Shown piece by piece: positions 1 to 43,545 of a stretch of 64,000 bases of DNA (its first letter is position 1; each line of letters starts with the position of its first letter). The DNA is from Chrysomallon squamiferum. Its lineage: Eukaryota; Animalia; Mollusca. The position numbers and the translations under genes were made by a program. The notes beneath the pieces are model-generated. The model ran no database searches. It was not told the origin of the DNA and was given only the letters and a program-made list of their open reading frames with translations. The stretch spans positions 1,922,001 through 1,986,000 of the forward strand of contig CM022670.1 in NCBI GenBank assembly GCA_012295275.1, read 5' to 3'.

Positions 1-1013
<1,013 letters not shown>

Positions 1014-1070
1014 ATTAGGAAGTAATTTGTGTTTTTTATTACTGTTGTAATTTTAAATCATTTCTCACAG

Positions 1071-5520
<4,450 letters not shown>

Positions 5521-7721
5521 CATGTACCTCTGTTACCTTGGTCAGAAAACACCTATACAACTGTGTCTTATTGATAATGTTTTAAAAAACCTGACAACCA
5601 CTACCGTTGTAATTTCCAATCTTAGGTACAGGTTTTGTGCTTGCACATATATAAATATATATATATATTTAATTATATGCACATGTACGATGTCGTATAC
5701 AATATCTATTTTTTTTTTTTTAGAGTTGTGTATTGTTTTGTATCATGTAGCCTATAATGTATTTACACATCTCTCCCTTTATATTACCCAAATACATAAT
5801 GTGTACATTTTATATTTTTTTTTAAGTTTATACTTTTCCTGGTTTCACTGCATTTACCAACATGAATCTCAAAACACTGTTTCAGTGAAGTTACAAACAA
5901 GATAAAATAAATTTATTTTTAAAATTTTTTTAGTAATGGTATTCTGATTCAGTTTACTAAATATTTAATAACTACTATTATATGGAGCGTTTAGTTAAAG
6001 TCTCTTGTGATTTTGATTATTATAAAATAAAGGCCTACTAGTAAGTCCATATATATATATATATATATATACATATATACACACAGACATGTGTGCACAC
6101 ATTACACCAGCTTATATATAATATTTTTATTACATGACAAATTATTCACTTTCAACAGTACAGATTTGTTATTTACATTACAAATTTCTTATTGCACATA
6201 ATTCATATCATATTTTTCACTTTTTGAATTTTCTGTTATCATTCATGATGTGATTTTGCACTTGAAAACCAAGGTTAGCTAATTTTTATGTGAAGTTATA
6301 ATTTTATCCAGCAACATTTTCAAAGTGAGGGCTATTTTCCTTAAACTGACAAATAACATAGATGCATATTTTGGATCCTGTTAAATAATTTCAGTTATAT
6401 TTGTATCGTAATTATTACAAACAGTCTGTCAGTTAACTATGTCTGTGATAAATTTATGAGATGAAAAGTATACTGAAATATTGTTTAACACAATATGGTA
6501 TTTATATGTAATCTGTGTTGTTTCTTAGTTAAGTGAAAAAACCTGAAGGGATTATGCATATTGTATTGTAAATAAAAAAAAAAAAAAAAAAAATAAAATA
6601 AAAAAAAGAAAGAAAGAAAGAAAGAAAAGAAAGAAAGAAAATAAAGAAACAAAATGCTTGGAATCATGTAAAATCAAGTAATTACAAAACTGGTTAATTT
6701 TCAGATATAAACTGCAGTTTCTAATTTCTGTTTATGAAGTGATATTCACTGTTTCAGTCTCTACATATCTGGATTATCTGTAGGTATCCTAAAATTATAC
6801 ACTGGTTTCTTCAACCCAGCTGTATTTTTTGTTATGATGTTAAATTATACAAATATAAGTGAGTATAAATTAATACACTTTAACAAAATTGTTCTGTGAT
6901 CCAGTGTTTCTTTTAATGAATTACAACCACTAATGAGATTGCATACTTCTATATTAAATTATGTTTTAGAAATGACATTTTGTATAATCATGAAAATATA
7001 GAGTGTTGTTATTATTATTGTTGTTGTTGTTGTTATTATTATTATTATTATTATTATTTCGTACATTTTTGATATTATGAATATTCTTGCTAACACCCAA
7101 AATATTGAAAACACTGATATAATTTCTTCAAACATTTTTGATCAGAAATAGCATTGTTTTTCTTTTTAATTATCAGAACGAAATTGTACGTTATGTTTTG
7201 AAATAATTATTTATGTTTCATTATTGGAGTTGTAAGTGTTTTTATTTACTTCTATCATTCTTTAAATTAATGTTTTAGTTTGTATGTGTAATCTTGTGTA
7301 TGTGAATGAAATAACACATGCAACATATTTCTGCATTTTAATCAACCATATACTTTTACGCTTTGTGTGTGTGTGTTATATGTGTATATATGTATGTATG
7401 TATGTATATGTATAATATATCTATATCTATATATCTGTATTTTTGCATGTTTTTTCTAACTTTTATAATGCAATTTTGTTATCCATTTATATATATAACA
7501 CTTCATATATATATATATAAGTTTTGTTTTTCATACTGCGTTTTTACTGTTTATTTTTCTTTAAAATTCACGCACAATTTACAAAAGGGTCGTTCACTCT
7601 ATGCAAACATATACGAAATATTTTTACAGCCAAAACAAATATTAATAATTTGTTAAAATGTGCGTGTTTTCACAGTGCGATTAAATCTATCCAGTTTGTC
7701 ACATACAAACTGAATTAGCAA

Positions 7722-7965
7722 AGGAACAGCATTTTAATTAACGACACGCTTAATGTATTTTATTTATCATTACACAGTGCTGGACATAATATAAATACCG
7801 TCAACTGCCGAGAGTCGAAACCCGCTCCGCACTTAACTAGCTACTCTTTTCCGATTAGCAGAGAGGAATATTTTGTCTGAATCGTAGACAGTTTAGTACT
7901 TATCACAGTGTTTATTATACCAGCTGAGGAGCATTGTCTGGAACAAGAAATAGCTGAATGGTTAC
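7722..7965 (-). mobile_element. Degraded SINE remnant (gastropod tRNA-derived SINE body and 3' end)
   Basis: Motifs gaaacccgct...gctactcttttccgattagcag...ataccagctgaggagcattgtctggaacaagaaatagctgaatgg resemble, from memory, an abundant gastropod SINE. Related dispersed pieces at 14.6 kb and 39.0 kb. tRNA head not visible. Confidence 0.55.
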
Positions 7966-8672
7966 TATAACAGCTTCAATATTTGAAATAGTTTAACGTT
8001 CATACACATTTATTCACAGCTCAGTTCTTTTTACTTTTTCTTTGTCGTCAAGGCGATGGCAACTAAAAGGGACGTAACTCGACATGAACTATTTTGTTAG
8101 CTCTCATTCTTCGTTGGCCAAAAAATAAATGGGAAAAATTATCGCCTGATACAGATTAGTATAATTATTGGCTAAGATTTTAATGACTGACACGAACACA
8201 ACTTGAAAATTATTATGTGACCAACTAGTGGGGCATAACCCCTATGCTGTTCTTAAAACGATTAATTAGATTAATGAACGTATTCGAGTGTGTTACTTTA
8301 TGGTCAGTAACTTTTATACAAGCCATACCACAAACTATTCTCTGCAGAATGCTATTCCTAATAATAATAATAATTATTATTACGTTAGTTAACTTTTCCT
8401 TATGGTTTTAGCTAATTGTTATACTTTATGGCTTTGATGCAGTTTCTTTTAATTCCTTGTTACCGTCATGTTCTTCTTTGTTTTATTAAACGTATTTTAT
8501 ATGTTAAAAAATGTGTGAGCTGAAGATGTCTGTTAATAAAAATCATTATATAAAGTAATAATTTGTTTCGTGGTCTCTAAAAAAATGTTTGTTACAAATG
8601 CTATTATGGCATTTTAAAGAAAAAAAAAGAGGTCTTCAGTTTTAAGAGAATTGATATCTAGCTGTTTTTTAC

Positions 8673-8703
<31 letters not shown>

Positions 8704-8844
8704 CGTATTCCATTTGTAATGGTTATTTCAAAGTGCATTAATAGTTTGTAAACCAACCTTTAGAAACATTCATTTTTATTAATTAAAAGACCATGTTTGT
8801 CTTCCAATCAAATGTATATATATTGTTCTTATTTTTTATTTATT

Positions 8845-8901
<57 letters not shown>

Positions 8902-9126
8902 TAATTAATTATTTAATTATTTTTTCTTTGACTTCTCAGATTTTAATTGTATTAGGAGACCAAATATTCTTAAACATTCTTTATGTTAATTAAACATCTG
9001 AAAATATATTAAGTTTGACAACATAATTATTTTACAGATGACCGACTGATACAGCATATTTCTATCATTAAGTTGAATTTATATGACTTCCTTAATAGCT
9101 GTAGTAGTAGTAGTAGTAGTAGTAGT

Positions 9127-9161
<35 letters not shown>

Positions 9162-9404
9162 AATAATAATGATCATAAACTTTAACTCTTATTTATTCAC
9201 TATTAAAAACATGCTGATAACGTTGTACATTGGACGTACACACGGACTGTTTGCAAAATAATAAAAATATTTAAATGAACAGACACTTGTAAATCTCGTT
9301 GTTAGGGACCTCTAAAGGATTAACTGTATGTACATTAATATTTATGTAACAAATTTTATCGTAATTTTATTTATTTATTCATTTATTTATTCATTTATTT
9401 TTTT

Positions 9405-9443
<39 letters not shown>

Positions 9444-10542
9444 GTACTATTTTTATATTTGAAACGGATGTAAGATTTCTGAAATAATTAAAATTCTAAG
9501 AATATATTATATCGTATTTTTTCTATCATTTAGAATAATCAATATCTATCTATCTATCTATTTATCTATCCATCTATCTATCTATCTATATATATATATA
9601 TATAACACAATAATAATAATAAGAAGAAATATAGTAATATTAATGATGATAAATAAATAAATGTCTCTTTGCGTGTTTTAATCATCTGCACACACACACA
9701 CGCACACACTCACACACACACAGACACAGACATCCACAATCACCACCCACTCGCACACAAACACACAGAAAAACACATCCCACACACCCATAATGTTTAC
9801 ATGGTTCTGCATAATACATACGTATACATTTACCTACTCATTTATCTGGCTTCCAGAAAATCCAGAAAACAAGCTGTTTTGTTTTAAGTATTTTCGTGAC
9901 GTACACGTCGAACGACGTCAGTACAGGTGAAGACTTTTGCATCACAAAGACGATCCTCTCACACCTGTACAGGTTTACTGAGTAACTGTTAAGTAAAATA
10001 TGTATTTTAGTTTTTTTTAATATTTATTTTAATCCGGTATATTATATACATGGTACTGTAAACATTTAAGTGTATTAAGGAGTGTATTAATTTGTATCCG
10101 AATCTTTTAAATAAGATTATGTTCTTTAGTTTCTTTCGTTTTATTCGTGGGACAGATATTTTGCGAATTTTTTAAGCGGATTAATAAACATCAAAGAAAC
10201 TTTGCTTTTAGTGTGTATTAATTTGTATTTTAAATACAGTTTAACTTTAACAGTTGTTCTTTACGTTTCGTTGCTTATGTTATGTTTTAATTGTGTATTT
10301 ACCCTTTTCAACAAAACCGGCAAATCCAGAAATCAGGATTACCTCCGATGTCAAGCTTGCCGAATTTTTGCCTATGATATGTGTTTAGTATATTATTTGA
10401 TATTTACGGGTTTGCATATTATATAAACATTGTATGTCATCATTATCATCATCATCATTATTGTTGTTGTTGTTGCTGACGTGGTCGTCGTCATCGTTAT
10501 CATCTACTACTACTATCATTATTATTATTATTATTACTATTA

Positions 10543-10586
<44 letters not shown>

Positions 10587-10597
10587 GTTATTATTAA

Positions 10598-10633
<36 letters not shown>

Positions 10634-11499
10634 CATCATCATCTTTATGCGACTTACATATTAAATTTTGTAACATAAATCTGGTGTTGTCCTGCTAGAA
10701 TGTGTGAAGTCAATTTGTTCTACGTACGTACACGACAAAGGTGATATCCACGTCAGTGCTTTGCTATAGAAAGAGCGCAGCAGAAACCTCGTCTTCATAC
10801 AAGTTTGCAGAGCGATCTAATCGGACGTGTCCAGTGAATATTTATTTACACCATGTCTCACCTGAATACGTTAAAATCTAACCTGTCCCCACCAGGATAT
10901 AAGGTAACGATAATTATTTGATTGTTACTATGTATAGATAGATATACAGATGAATGTGTTGTACCAAGCATGTTTCGAAATGTTTTATCTTTGTGGAGAA
11001 AATTATACGTTAATTAAATGCCCAGAGATTTGTGTGTCTGAATATATTTCTGATTAGTTATTTAATTTACTTTTTTTGTTGTTTTATTTATTATTGGTAT
11101 TGATATTATTGTAAACATAATTATTATTATTATTATTATTATTACAGAAAAGTATAAAGAAACATATGGAAAATGATTTGGCTAAATCAGAAAGTAGACA
11201 CTTTGTCATGTTTGATGATTACAACTGGGTTATCGAGGCTCACATTGGAGTCCGAGAGCCAACAGCGAGAATTCCAGTCAAAGAAACAGCAAAAACAACC
11301 CCTGTAACCGAGGCTGTTGTTAACCTCAGGATTTAATGTTCCTGGAACCCTTAAAATGTGCAGATAATATATTTAATGATGACCCTATTGGCCTTTAACG
11401 ATATCAGCTCATTTAGTTTCGCATGATGAAAGTCTTCTATTTAATAAATAAAAAACAAACCTAAAATATAAATTGTAAGTAAAATTGTATATCAAATGT

Positions 11500-12226
11500 A
11501 TTTTTTCGAATTTGATCCGTAAGAAGACATATGCTGATCAATTTTTGGATTCCTCAAACGTTTCTGAAAACATTGAGTCAATTCTGGTGCATCAACACGG
11601 CAAGAAAATATCAGTTTCTTCTCTACTCATTTCTCCAGCCTTGGTCTTGATGACCGTGTAGATATTAATAAGTTTATTAGAATCTTTGATTGTAAACGAA
11701 TTTAAAGCTGGCATATCAACGTCTATCAGATTATGTGGCTCAGTTTGCATGATATCGTCAGGTTTGAACAGTACCGGTTGACGAAGTCAGTGATAAAAAT
11801 GGCGCATTTAAGTGAAGATCAAAACGAGATCCTGCGCTGAGTTGGTTAATGACGTGTTCTAATATTTGTAGAAATAATGAAACGTCATCTACACGACATG
11901 GTGCAATGGTAAACCGATTTAATAACTGATCCTTCAAACACACAAACTCATTCACGTTTCAGTTTTTTGTTTGTTATAGTCATCATAATGCTTTATCGGG
12001 CTGGTAGTATAATCAGGTGCTTGTTCTGTTACGACTGACGCTCTTTCAGGAAAGCAGTGAGCAGTCTGTTGAATGACGGGTGCACTTCGCAGAATAAATG
12101 ATGAGGTTAATAATGACCAGAGTCCAGCTCTTCAGCCACGATGTCTTTGATCTGTGATTACAAAATCGACTTTTTCGAAGTGTTACTGAACAAGTTCAAC
12201 ACTGCCAAATTGAGAACCCCCACTGT
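11500..12226 (-). mobile_element. Decayed DDE-type DNA transposase fragment (CxxH clan), frameshifted and internally deleted
   Basis: Minus-strand pieces in changing frames: FEKVDFVITDQ / DIVAEELDSGHY*PHHLFCEVHPSFNRLL / SVVTEQAPDYTT / FVCLKDQLLNRF...DDVSLFLQILEHVINQL...PFLSLTSSTGT / DDIMQTEPHNLIDVDMPA. A beta-strand-Asp followed by CxxH is the signature of hAT/P/MULE/Kolobok-type transposases. No TIRs recognised; superfamily not assigned. Confidence 0.55.
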
Positions 12227-12436
12227 CTGTAATAATACTATATTATCATCATCATCTTCATCATCATCATCACAATCAACATCTTTCTTCAGAGATTCAA
12301 ATATTTGTATTATAATTATCATATTACTGAATAAATATGTCAGTTCATTTTTAAAAGAAAAAACTAAAATTTTAATTAATAAATCTTGATTTTAAAAATA
12401 AGTTTTATTTGGATGACTCTAAACGGCTGATGACCT

Positions 12437-18803
<6,367 letters not shown>

Positions 18804-20355
18804 TTTTTTTTAATTACTATGTCTACGTATATCTACACAGGTATCTAGATATAAACTTAATAAATCTGATCCCTCTCCATTCATCTGCTGAACTAGAACT
18901 GCATTAAAAAAAAAAGGCTTAGTGGTGTGTAGACACAAACTATTTATACTATTTGAATATTCAGTTTTGGAAATGTAATTAACCAAAGTATTGAATTCGA
19001 TTGTAGTTTTACCGGTGATGATTAAACAGCACCGATACAGTCATTGCAATGGGACACATTATTCGTTACAAACAAAGCCATCTGCATTTCTGAATGTATT
19101 CTTGTATAGTGACAACAAAACTGAAACAGATGCGAACGTTATGCGTACGTGTCTTTTATCATTATTATTATTATTATTTCGGAGTACGTTTAATAGATGC
19201 ACTCACCAAATATAATGTAGAATTGATGTTATCCAGTACAATACGTGGAAACCACAAGTACTTTTACTAATTCGTTCAGTTCAGGAAAAACACTGAATTC
19301 ACATCTGTCTTATCGCAGATGATGTGTCAGTCAAAGTAAATCAATTTATAAGTTATCTTTTTCCCTTGGTAGGCTATAATGAACAATAAAAAATGTCTCC
19401 CTTTTTTTCCCCCCCGTTTCCCATATTTCTCTTTTTTATAGATTTATCGAAAACCTTGTTTTCAGACAAAGGGTGTTTCATACATACATACACACTAAAC
19501 TAAAATACTGATATACACGCGTTTTCTGCACTCTTAATATGTATGTTATCGTGTGGTTGTTTGGGTGTGTGTGTGTGCGTGCGTGCGTGTGTGTGTTCGT
19601 CTGTCTGTGTGTGTGTGTATATGTCTGTGTGTGCGTGTGTATATATATATTAATAATAGTAATTTCTTATTATTCTTTCTAGTCACAAAATATCAAGTTA
19701 AGCAGTTTCAACTGAGACTTGATGTGTTTTTCCCTCGTCTTCCCTCGCTCTCTGATAAGTAACGTTGTCGTGTTGTTGATATTTGTTTGTGTGCAGGTAC
19801 CATGGTTAATAATAACAGTAACAAAATTAGTATTTCATCAGCACAACGAATATAAGCTATACATTGTATCTTAAGCAAATCAGTCTGAAAAGATGTTTAT
19901 GGTGAAGGGGCAAACGGCTCAGTAATTTAGACCTGTGTTAGGTTAGGCGTCTGGCCCCAGTCTCACAATCACACACAAATCAGATTTCTTGGCACAAGCA
20001 AGAGAAATTATTCACGTAAATCTACGACAATCAACAGCTGAAACATTCCTTTCGCAGAAAAAACTTCCATAGTTTGATTCCTTTCCTATGAAAACGATGA
20101 CACTAAATAAGGAGAAATGTGAATTTTGTAAAAATCAGAAAGAAAGCAATCAAAGAGATTTAAGGAACTATGTTTATCGGCTTCTTTTCTTGGGCTGGAA
20201 GGAAAGCTTTGAGTACCAAGTATATATTAGTCGCCGATTGGGCGAAATTGATTTATATAATTTATGTATTTGTTGTAAATTATTGTATGTATTACATTTT
20301 ATTCCCAACATATAACTCGTGTGGGGATGCATTTTGAAATACAAATAGATATCAT

Positions 20356-20451
<96 letters not shown>

Positions 20452-21508
20452 AGTATAGAAATATAATTAAAATCGCTTTTATGTAATGAATTATGAAATT
20501 ATCAACTAAAAAATTATTATAATATTTATTTTATTACACTATCAAGATTCAAAAATAATAATAACATTCTCTTTATTATAAAATATATATCAGCTGACTT
20601 ATATTCATTTAAATTACCGTTATCATAAGTTCAATACAAAATTGTTCTCATAACTAAACCTAATGTGTTATCATTTATAACAAGTTCTATATAATACTGT
20701 TATTATAAGTAATATATTGTTATCGTAACATATTATACTTTTTTCATAAATACTAAATTATGCTTTTATCATATATTATATTACGAATATTTTTCAATAA
20801 TATATGATATATTATACAAGTATTTTATTAAACTATTGTTCATGACGATAAACATTTTGTTTGATAAATACGAAAATAACTGTAATAAATATTTTACTCA
20901 GTATATATATATATAAAAAGTAACTGTGCATGATACAATTTTGCATACAATTACATATTTTCGAAAATCAGAGAAAGGAAAAATAACTACATATTCATCA
21001 AAGCACTGTCTTCGATATTTTGGTCAAGGTTCACTCCTTGCACATTCATTTCATGTGCAGGGTGAAAAAATGTGTGTTTTGACTGTTTTGCTGCTACATG
21101 ATATTTATACACGCTGTTTTTGAAAATGAAAAACACACAATGGTTGCTTAACCATTTGCAACTTTGAAAAGCTCGGCTGTTTAACAGAATATGTCAGGCC
21201 ACGTCTTTCTTGCAAAGCCTGTTTGAACGCTAATGGCGGTCACACAACATATTCACTCTACATAGTGTCTAGCGTTAACACGTAAAGAGTTGACATTTCA
21301 GTAAATAAACATTTATAACAGACTGCCAAACATCACCAGCTCACAGTTACTTTTCCCCCATTAGTACACACACACACACACACATACACAGACACACACA
21401 CACACACACACAGACACACATACACACACACAGACACACACACACACAGACACACACACACCCACACAGACACACAGACACACACACACACACAGACACA
21501 CACACACA

Positions 21509-21545
<37 letters not shown>

Positions 21546-21918
21546 ACAGACATCCTGTGTGCAGCTAACAAAAATCAATAAATGTTGAACTTTAACAATA
21601 AATATAGTCAGCTTTATATAAAACAATCAGTAATTACTTAACTTAACATGAAAATACATTCTGTCTTATTATATATACAAAAAAAATAATAATAATTCCG
21701 CTAAATTAAAACAGCAATGAATATTTTGTAATTAGTTTGAAAGTTAAGATCAGGTTGAAAAAACAAAACAAATAAAACCATACGTAACAATTAAAAAAAA
21801 AATACAGGTCCTGAACAATTCTTAGGACTACACAAACTTGATCAGAATCAAATATTTTGACTATACAAGGCTATAAAATATGATGTTTTAACTCAAAAAC
21901 ACATAAGAATAAAAATGA

Positions 21919-26134
<4,216 letters not shown>

Positions 26135-26334
26135 NNNNNNNNNNNNNNNNNNNNNNNNNNNNNNNNNNNNNNNNNNNNNNNNNNNNNNNNNNNNNNNNNN
26201 NNNNNNNNNNNNNNNNNNNNNNNNNNNNNNNNNNNNNNNNNNNNNNNNNNNNNNNNNNNNNNNNNNNNNNNNNNNNNNNNNNNNNNNNNNNNNNNNNNNN
26301 NNNNNNNNNNNNNNNNNNNNNNNNNNNNNNNNNN
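26135..26334. other. Assembly gap (200 N), scaffold join
   Basis: Run of exactly 200 n characters. Confidence 0.99.
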
Positions 26335-39471
<13,137 letters not shown>

Positions 39472-39573
39472 TGTGTCTCAATGTGGCTTGTATCTGTAAT
39501 ATAAAAATAAGTACATTAATTTTTACTTGAGAATTTTTGTTATATTGGAATCTGCAAAACAAACATATTTAGG

Positions 39574-39604
<31 letters not shown>

Positions 39605-40130
39605 CACTCGTACATATATATGTACACACACACACACATACGTATATATACATATACATATATATATACACATATATATAGATACATCGATTAGGGACTG
39701 TGTCATTAAAATTACCAACTTACACATTACACATACACACACACACACACACATCACACACACACACACACATACTTAATTATACATTTTTCTTCCTTTT
39801 TTTCCTGTTTTTTAAATGCTTGGGTGATCAAACTCACGAACAATAGACAGTAAAACTGAATTATACATGCATGCTTGTATGTATGTATATATGCATATAT
39901 GCATTAATATATACATATATGTATAGATGTAAGTATTTATATACATATGTATATTTGTGTGTGTGTGTGTGTGTGTGTATAATACCCTTCAAACACATAG
40001 TGTGATGAATATTAAAGTGATATAAATTTTAGTATTATCTGTCTCTATACTATAAGATATAGTATAAAATATACATCATGGATTAAAAGGGAATTTATCT
40101 CCAGTTAACTTCACGAAAATGTCAGCGTGT

Positions 40131-40531
40131 TCTAACAAACTGTAAACACGAGTGACGTATTTGTTTATTACGCTAACTGAATTAACATAGTATAAACATG
40201 AGTAATTTAATTGTTTATTACGCTAACTGAACTAACATAGTATAAACATGAGTAATTTAATTGTTTATTACGCTAACTGAACTAACGTAGTATAAACATG
40301 AGTAATTTAATTGTTTATTACGCTAACTGAACTAACGTAGTATAAACATGAGTAATTTAATTGTTTATTACGCTAACTGAACTAACGTAGTATAAACATG
40401 AGTAATTTAATTGTGTATTACGCTAACTGAACTAACATAGTATAAACATGAGTAATTTAATTGTTTATTACGCTAACTGAACTAACATACAATAAACACG
40501 AGTGACTTGACTGTTCATTACGCTAACTGAA
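40131..40531. repeat. 50-bp minisatellite, ~8 copies
   Basis: ttgtttattacgctaactgaactaac(a/g)tagtataaacatgagtaatttaa at 40161, 40211, 40261, 40311, 40361, 40411, 40461 with diverged terminal units. Confidence 0.97.
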
Positions 40532-41328
40532 GACTCAACATTTTGTACATTCTGAAGTCTATATTAACATTACATATGCATGTATAACCTACATCTAATG
40601 GAGTTAATTAGTGTACAGACATTAACTTTGATATCAGAACTTATTTACATATAGCTCCAAGTTTCAAAGAGAAATGCCACTAATCTGTTTAAAAAAATAG
40701 CCAACGTATATTTATTATATTTAACAGAGAGAGGATGCATGTGTAACGTTTATCTTAACATGTTAATATTACACAGATTAGCTATATCAATATCTGTTAA
40801 GAACCACATATCATTCAGGCTTTTATTAGAAATTTATCTGCAGATAATTTTCTGAAGATGTCACTGTGCTTCTTAAACTTAGTATGCACAACATAAAATT
40901 TAACATCATAAAAATGCAAATATATATTTAATGTAGACACACACATAAAGATACATACATACATCAAACTGAAAGTCTGGTCCCATCTGAGCTCCTATAT
41001 AAATTAGTAATAATGACATTCGAATAATCAAACGTCAGTATGTGGAAAAATATATTTTTACTCTGGGTCATTTACTGTCCCAGACAACTGAATCAATACA
41101 AATTAGCCTTCGATAACTCGAAGTATTGGAATGGTCCACGCTATTGTCTCCCAATGAAATACTAAACAATGGGTCGTTGATTAAGCGGAACGAAATACGA
41201 ATACCTCCGCCGATGTTTTTACAGGGTGGGGCATATTTATGTAATACAGAGAAGGAATGTTTGAAAACGTAGAGACCGCGACTTTAAAAGGGTTAAAAAT
41301 CTCCCAGAATCCAGGCCAGTGTTACTTA

Positions 41329-41520
41329 CAAAACTGAAAGAATTCGGTAGAATGTTTAACGTAATAAATTTTATGGCTTCATCCGGGTGGCTGCATACTA
41401 TTAAAGAAAGATATAGTTTTGTCGTACGTAACTCTTAAATATTCTTTTCTGTACATCAAGTGTAATTAATACTTCAGTATGGACTGATTAAGTTTCCGCC
41501 ATTGGGGTTTCATTCCGGTT
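41329..41520 (-). promoter_or_regulatory. Candidate promoter/first non-coding exon of the FRRS1-like gene
   Basis: YY1-like CCGCCATT (41496-41503) and ETS-like TTCCGG (41513-41518) in a CpG-richer patch; consensus minus-strand donor GTAAGT at 41329. The ATG exon begins at an acceptor (39493), so an upstream UTR exon is expected. Confidence 0.3.
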
Positions 41521-41802
41521 ATGTGGTTCAGTTTATATTTTTGGTAACGTACAGACATATATGTATCGTCCGTTGCATTTGCTTCACGAGTGATGTGTGT
41601 GTGTTTGGAGGGGGGTGTCAAGTTCATTTGCTTTGTATCTCTTGTTTATTTATTTATTTATTTTTTTTATTTACTTAGTTTACCAATTACGAAATGTACA
41701 TTACTCGTCTATCGTGCGTATTTGAAATTCGAATTCTGAACACACATAAAATTCAAACTTGTTTACTGATCCATTCCAGCTGTGTGTGAGTGTGTGTGTG
41801 TC

Positions 41803-41896
<94 letters not shown>

Positions 41897-43439
41897 TCAA
41901 ATATATGTATATATATATAGACTGGAATATGTATTCGTATTATTATACAACGTATATGTAATGCCGAATATATATGTATTTACGTAAATGATTTTAATAA
42001 TATACAGTTATACAGGGTAACCTTGGATTATCTCTGCATTACAGTCTCGCTTTGAAAGCATGTAAATTATAAAATATAATATGTCGCTTACTTTCTTCAA
42101 AAGGCCTGTTGTTTAAAACAACCTGTTACGTTTCCTACGGGTTCTCTGTATATCATACATTTTATTACTGTCTGATATTTTCTTTTCCTGGTAAACCCTT
42201 TGTACTTACCTTTACGACTGAACACACGCTGAGTACGTCCTTAGAGATCTTACCTAACTGTACATCACAGCGCAGCATGTTAGAAATAAAGATGAGATAC
42301 GCAGCTGACACATTTCCTTATTGAATCTTATATTAGCTAAACCGCTATAACATGTAAAAAAATTGTTATAAACTAGATATATCATTCTGTCTAGATCCTG
42401 TAATGTGTGTGTGTGCGTGCGTGCGTGTGTGTGTGTGTGTGTGTAGTAGAAGTAGTAGTAGTAACACAGTGTCTTGAATATTTCCGAAATCCTTTCCTGC
42501 ACATGATTTCTCCAGTATTTCCGAAAACCTGGAACGTGTCCTGTGTAAAAATAAAAAAAACACACCAGTATAACGCTACGTTAACACAGAAAATATATAC
42601 GAAGTCTTGGATCTTTACCAAGTATAGGGTCAGTTTGAGTTTCTTCTTAAGATTATGCATAAATATAATTATTAAGCTTGCTGGTGCTTGTCGGTTTAGT
42701 ACAGAAGAGTCGTTAGCATTCTGGCTCTCGTTTCAAAAACACAAGTAAAAAAAACCACTCTGCTTATTTAAATATTAAGATAAACACTTCTGGGCTCACC
42801 TACATTTAGCCATTTCGCAAATCTGTGATTTGCGTTGCAAGCAAAACTAAGAAACGGCTCGAGGTGCTGTAGATATTTTAATCTATCATTTCAGTTATTT
42901 ATAAAATAGCATGACATAATTATCACAGATGAGATGGTTGTTAATGTTTTGCCTTTTTGATCGTTTTGACCTAATGGCTGTAAGTGCAATGGATATTTTA
43001 ATCTGTCATTTAAATGATATAATTATCAGAGATGAAATGGTTATTCATATTTATCTTTTGTCTAAAAAAAAAATTATATTTATAAACAAATTTTGTCTTA
43101 TAAATGGCTGGAGTTGTTGCGAAAATGTTTAAACTTTAATTTAATTATTTATGAAACCTAACAGCGAGGATGGAAAAGTTTGTTTTTCTTTTTTTTTTTT
43201 TTTTTTCTGGAACATGTATGTTGAATATCTAACATCTTAAATGTATGTTTTAAAACTGGTTCTGAAATGTTTATAATAAATTATATCAGCTGGTGTCATA
43301 CATCATGATTCAGAGTGTGCTGCACATCTCTTTAATCTTTTTTTTTTTAAATTTCTGAACTAAGAGCTGCCTGTGCAGAATTATCAGTGGTGAAACAGCT
43401 GGATGCATTTGTCAAATGATTTTTATTTTCACTGGCAAA

Positions 43440-43545
<106 letters not shown>

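Noticed and set aside
18941-18948. TATAAATA upstream of the SLC7 copy A ATG
   Set aside because: Too frequent by chance in this AT-rich DNA, and a competing acceptor-like site at ~18900 suggests the start may lie further upstream.
40131-40531. Possible CRISPR array
   Set aside because: Contiguous identical 50-bp units with no unique spacers; eukaryotic context and no cas genes.
41100-41296. piggyBac-like end (aaagggttaa) and pogo/Tigger-like ttcgataactcgaa motif
   Set aside because: No matching opposite terminal repeat or target-site duplication found nearby.
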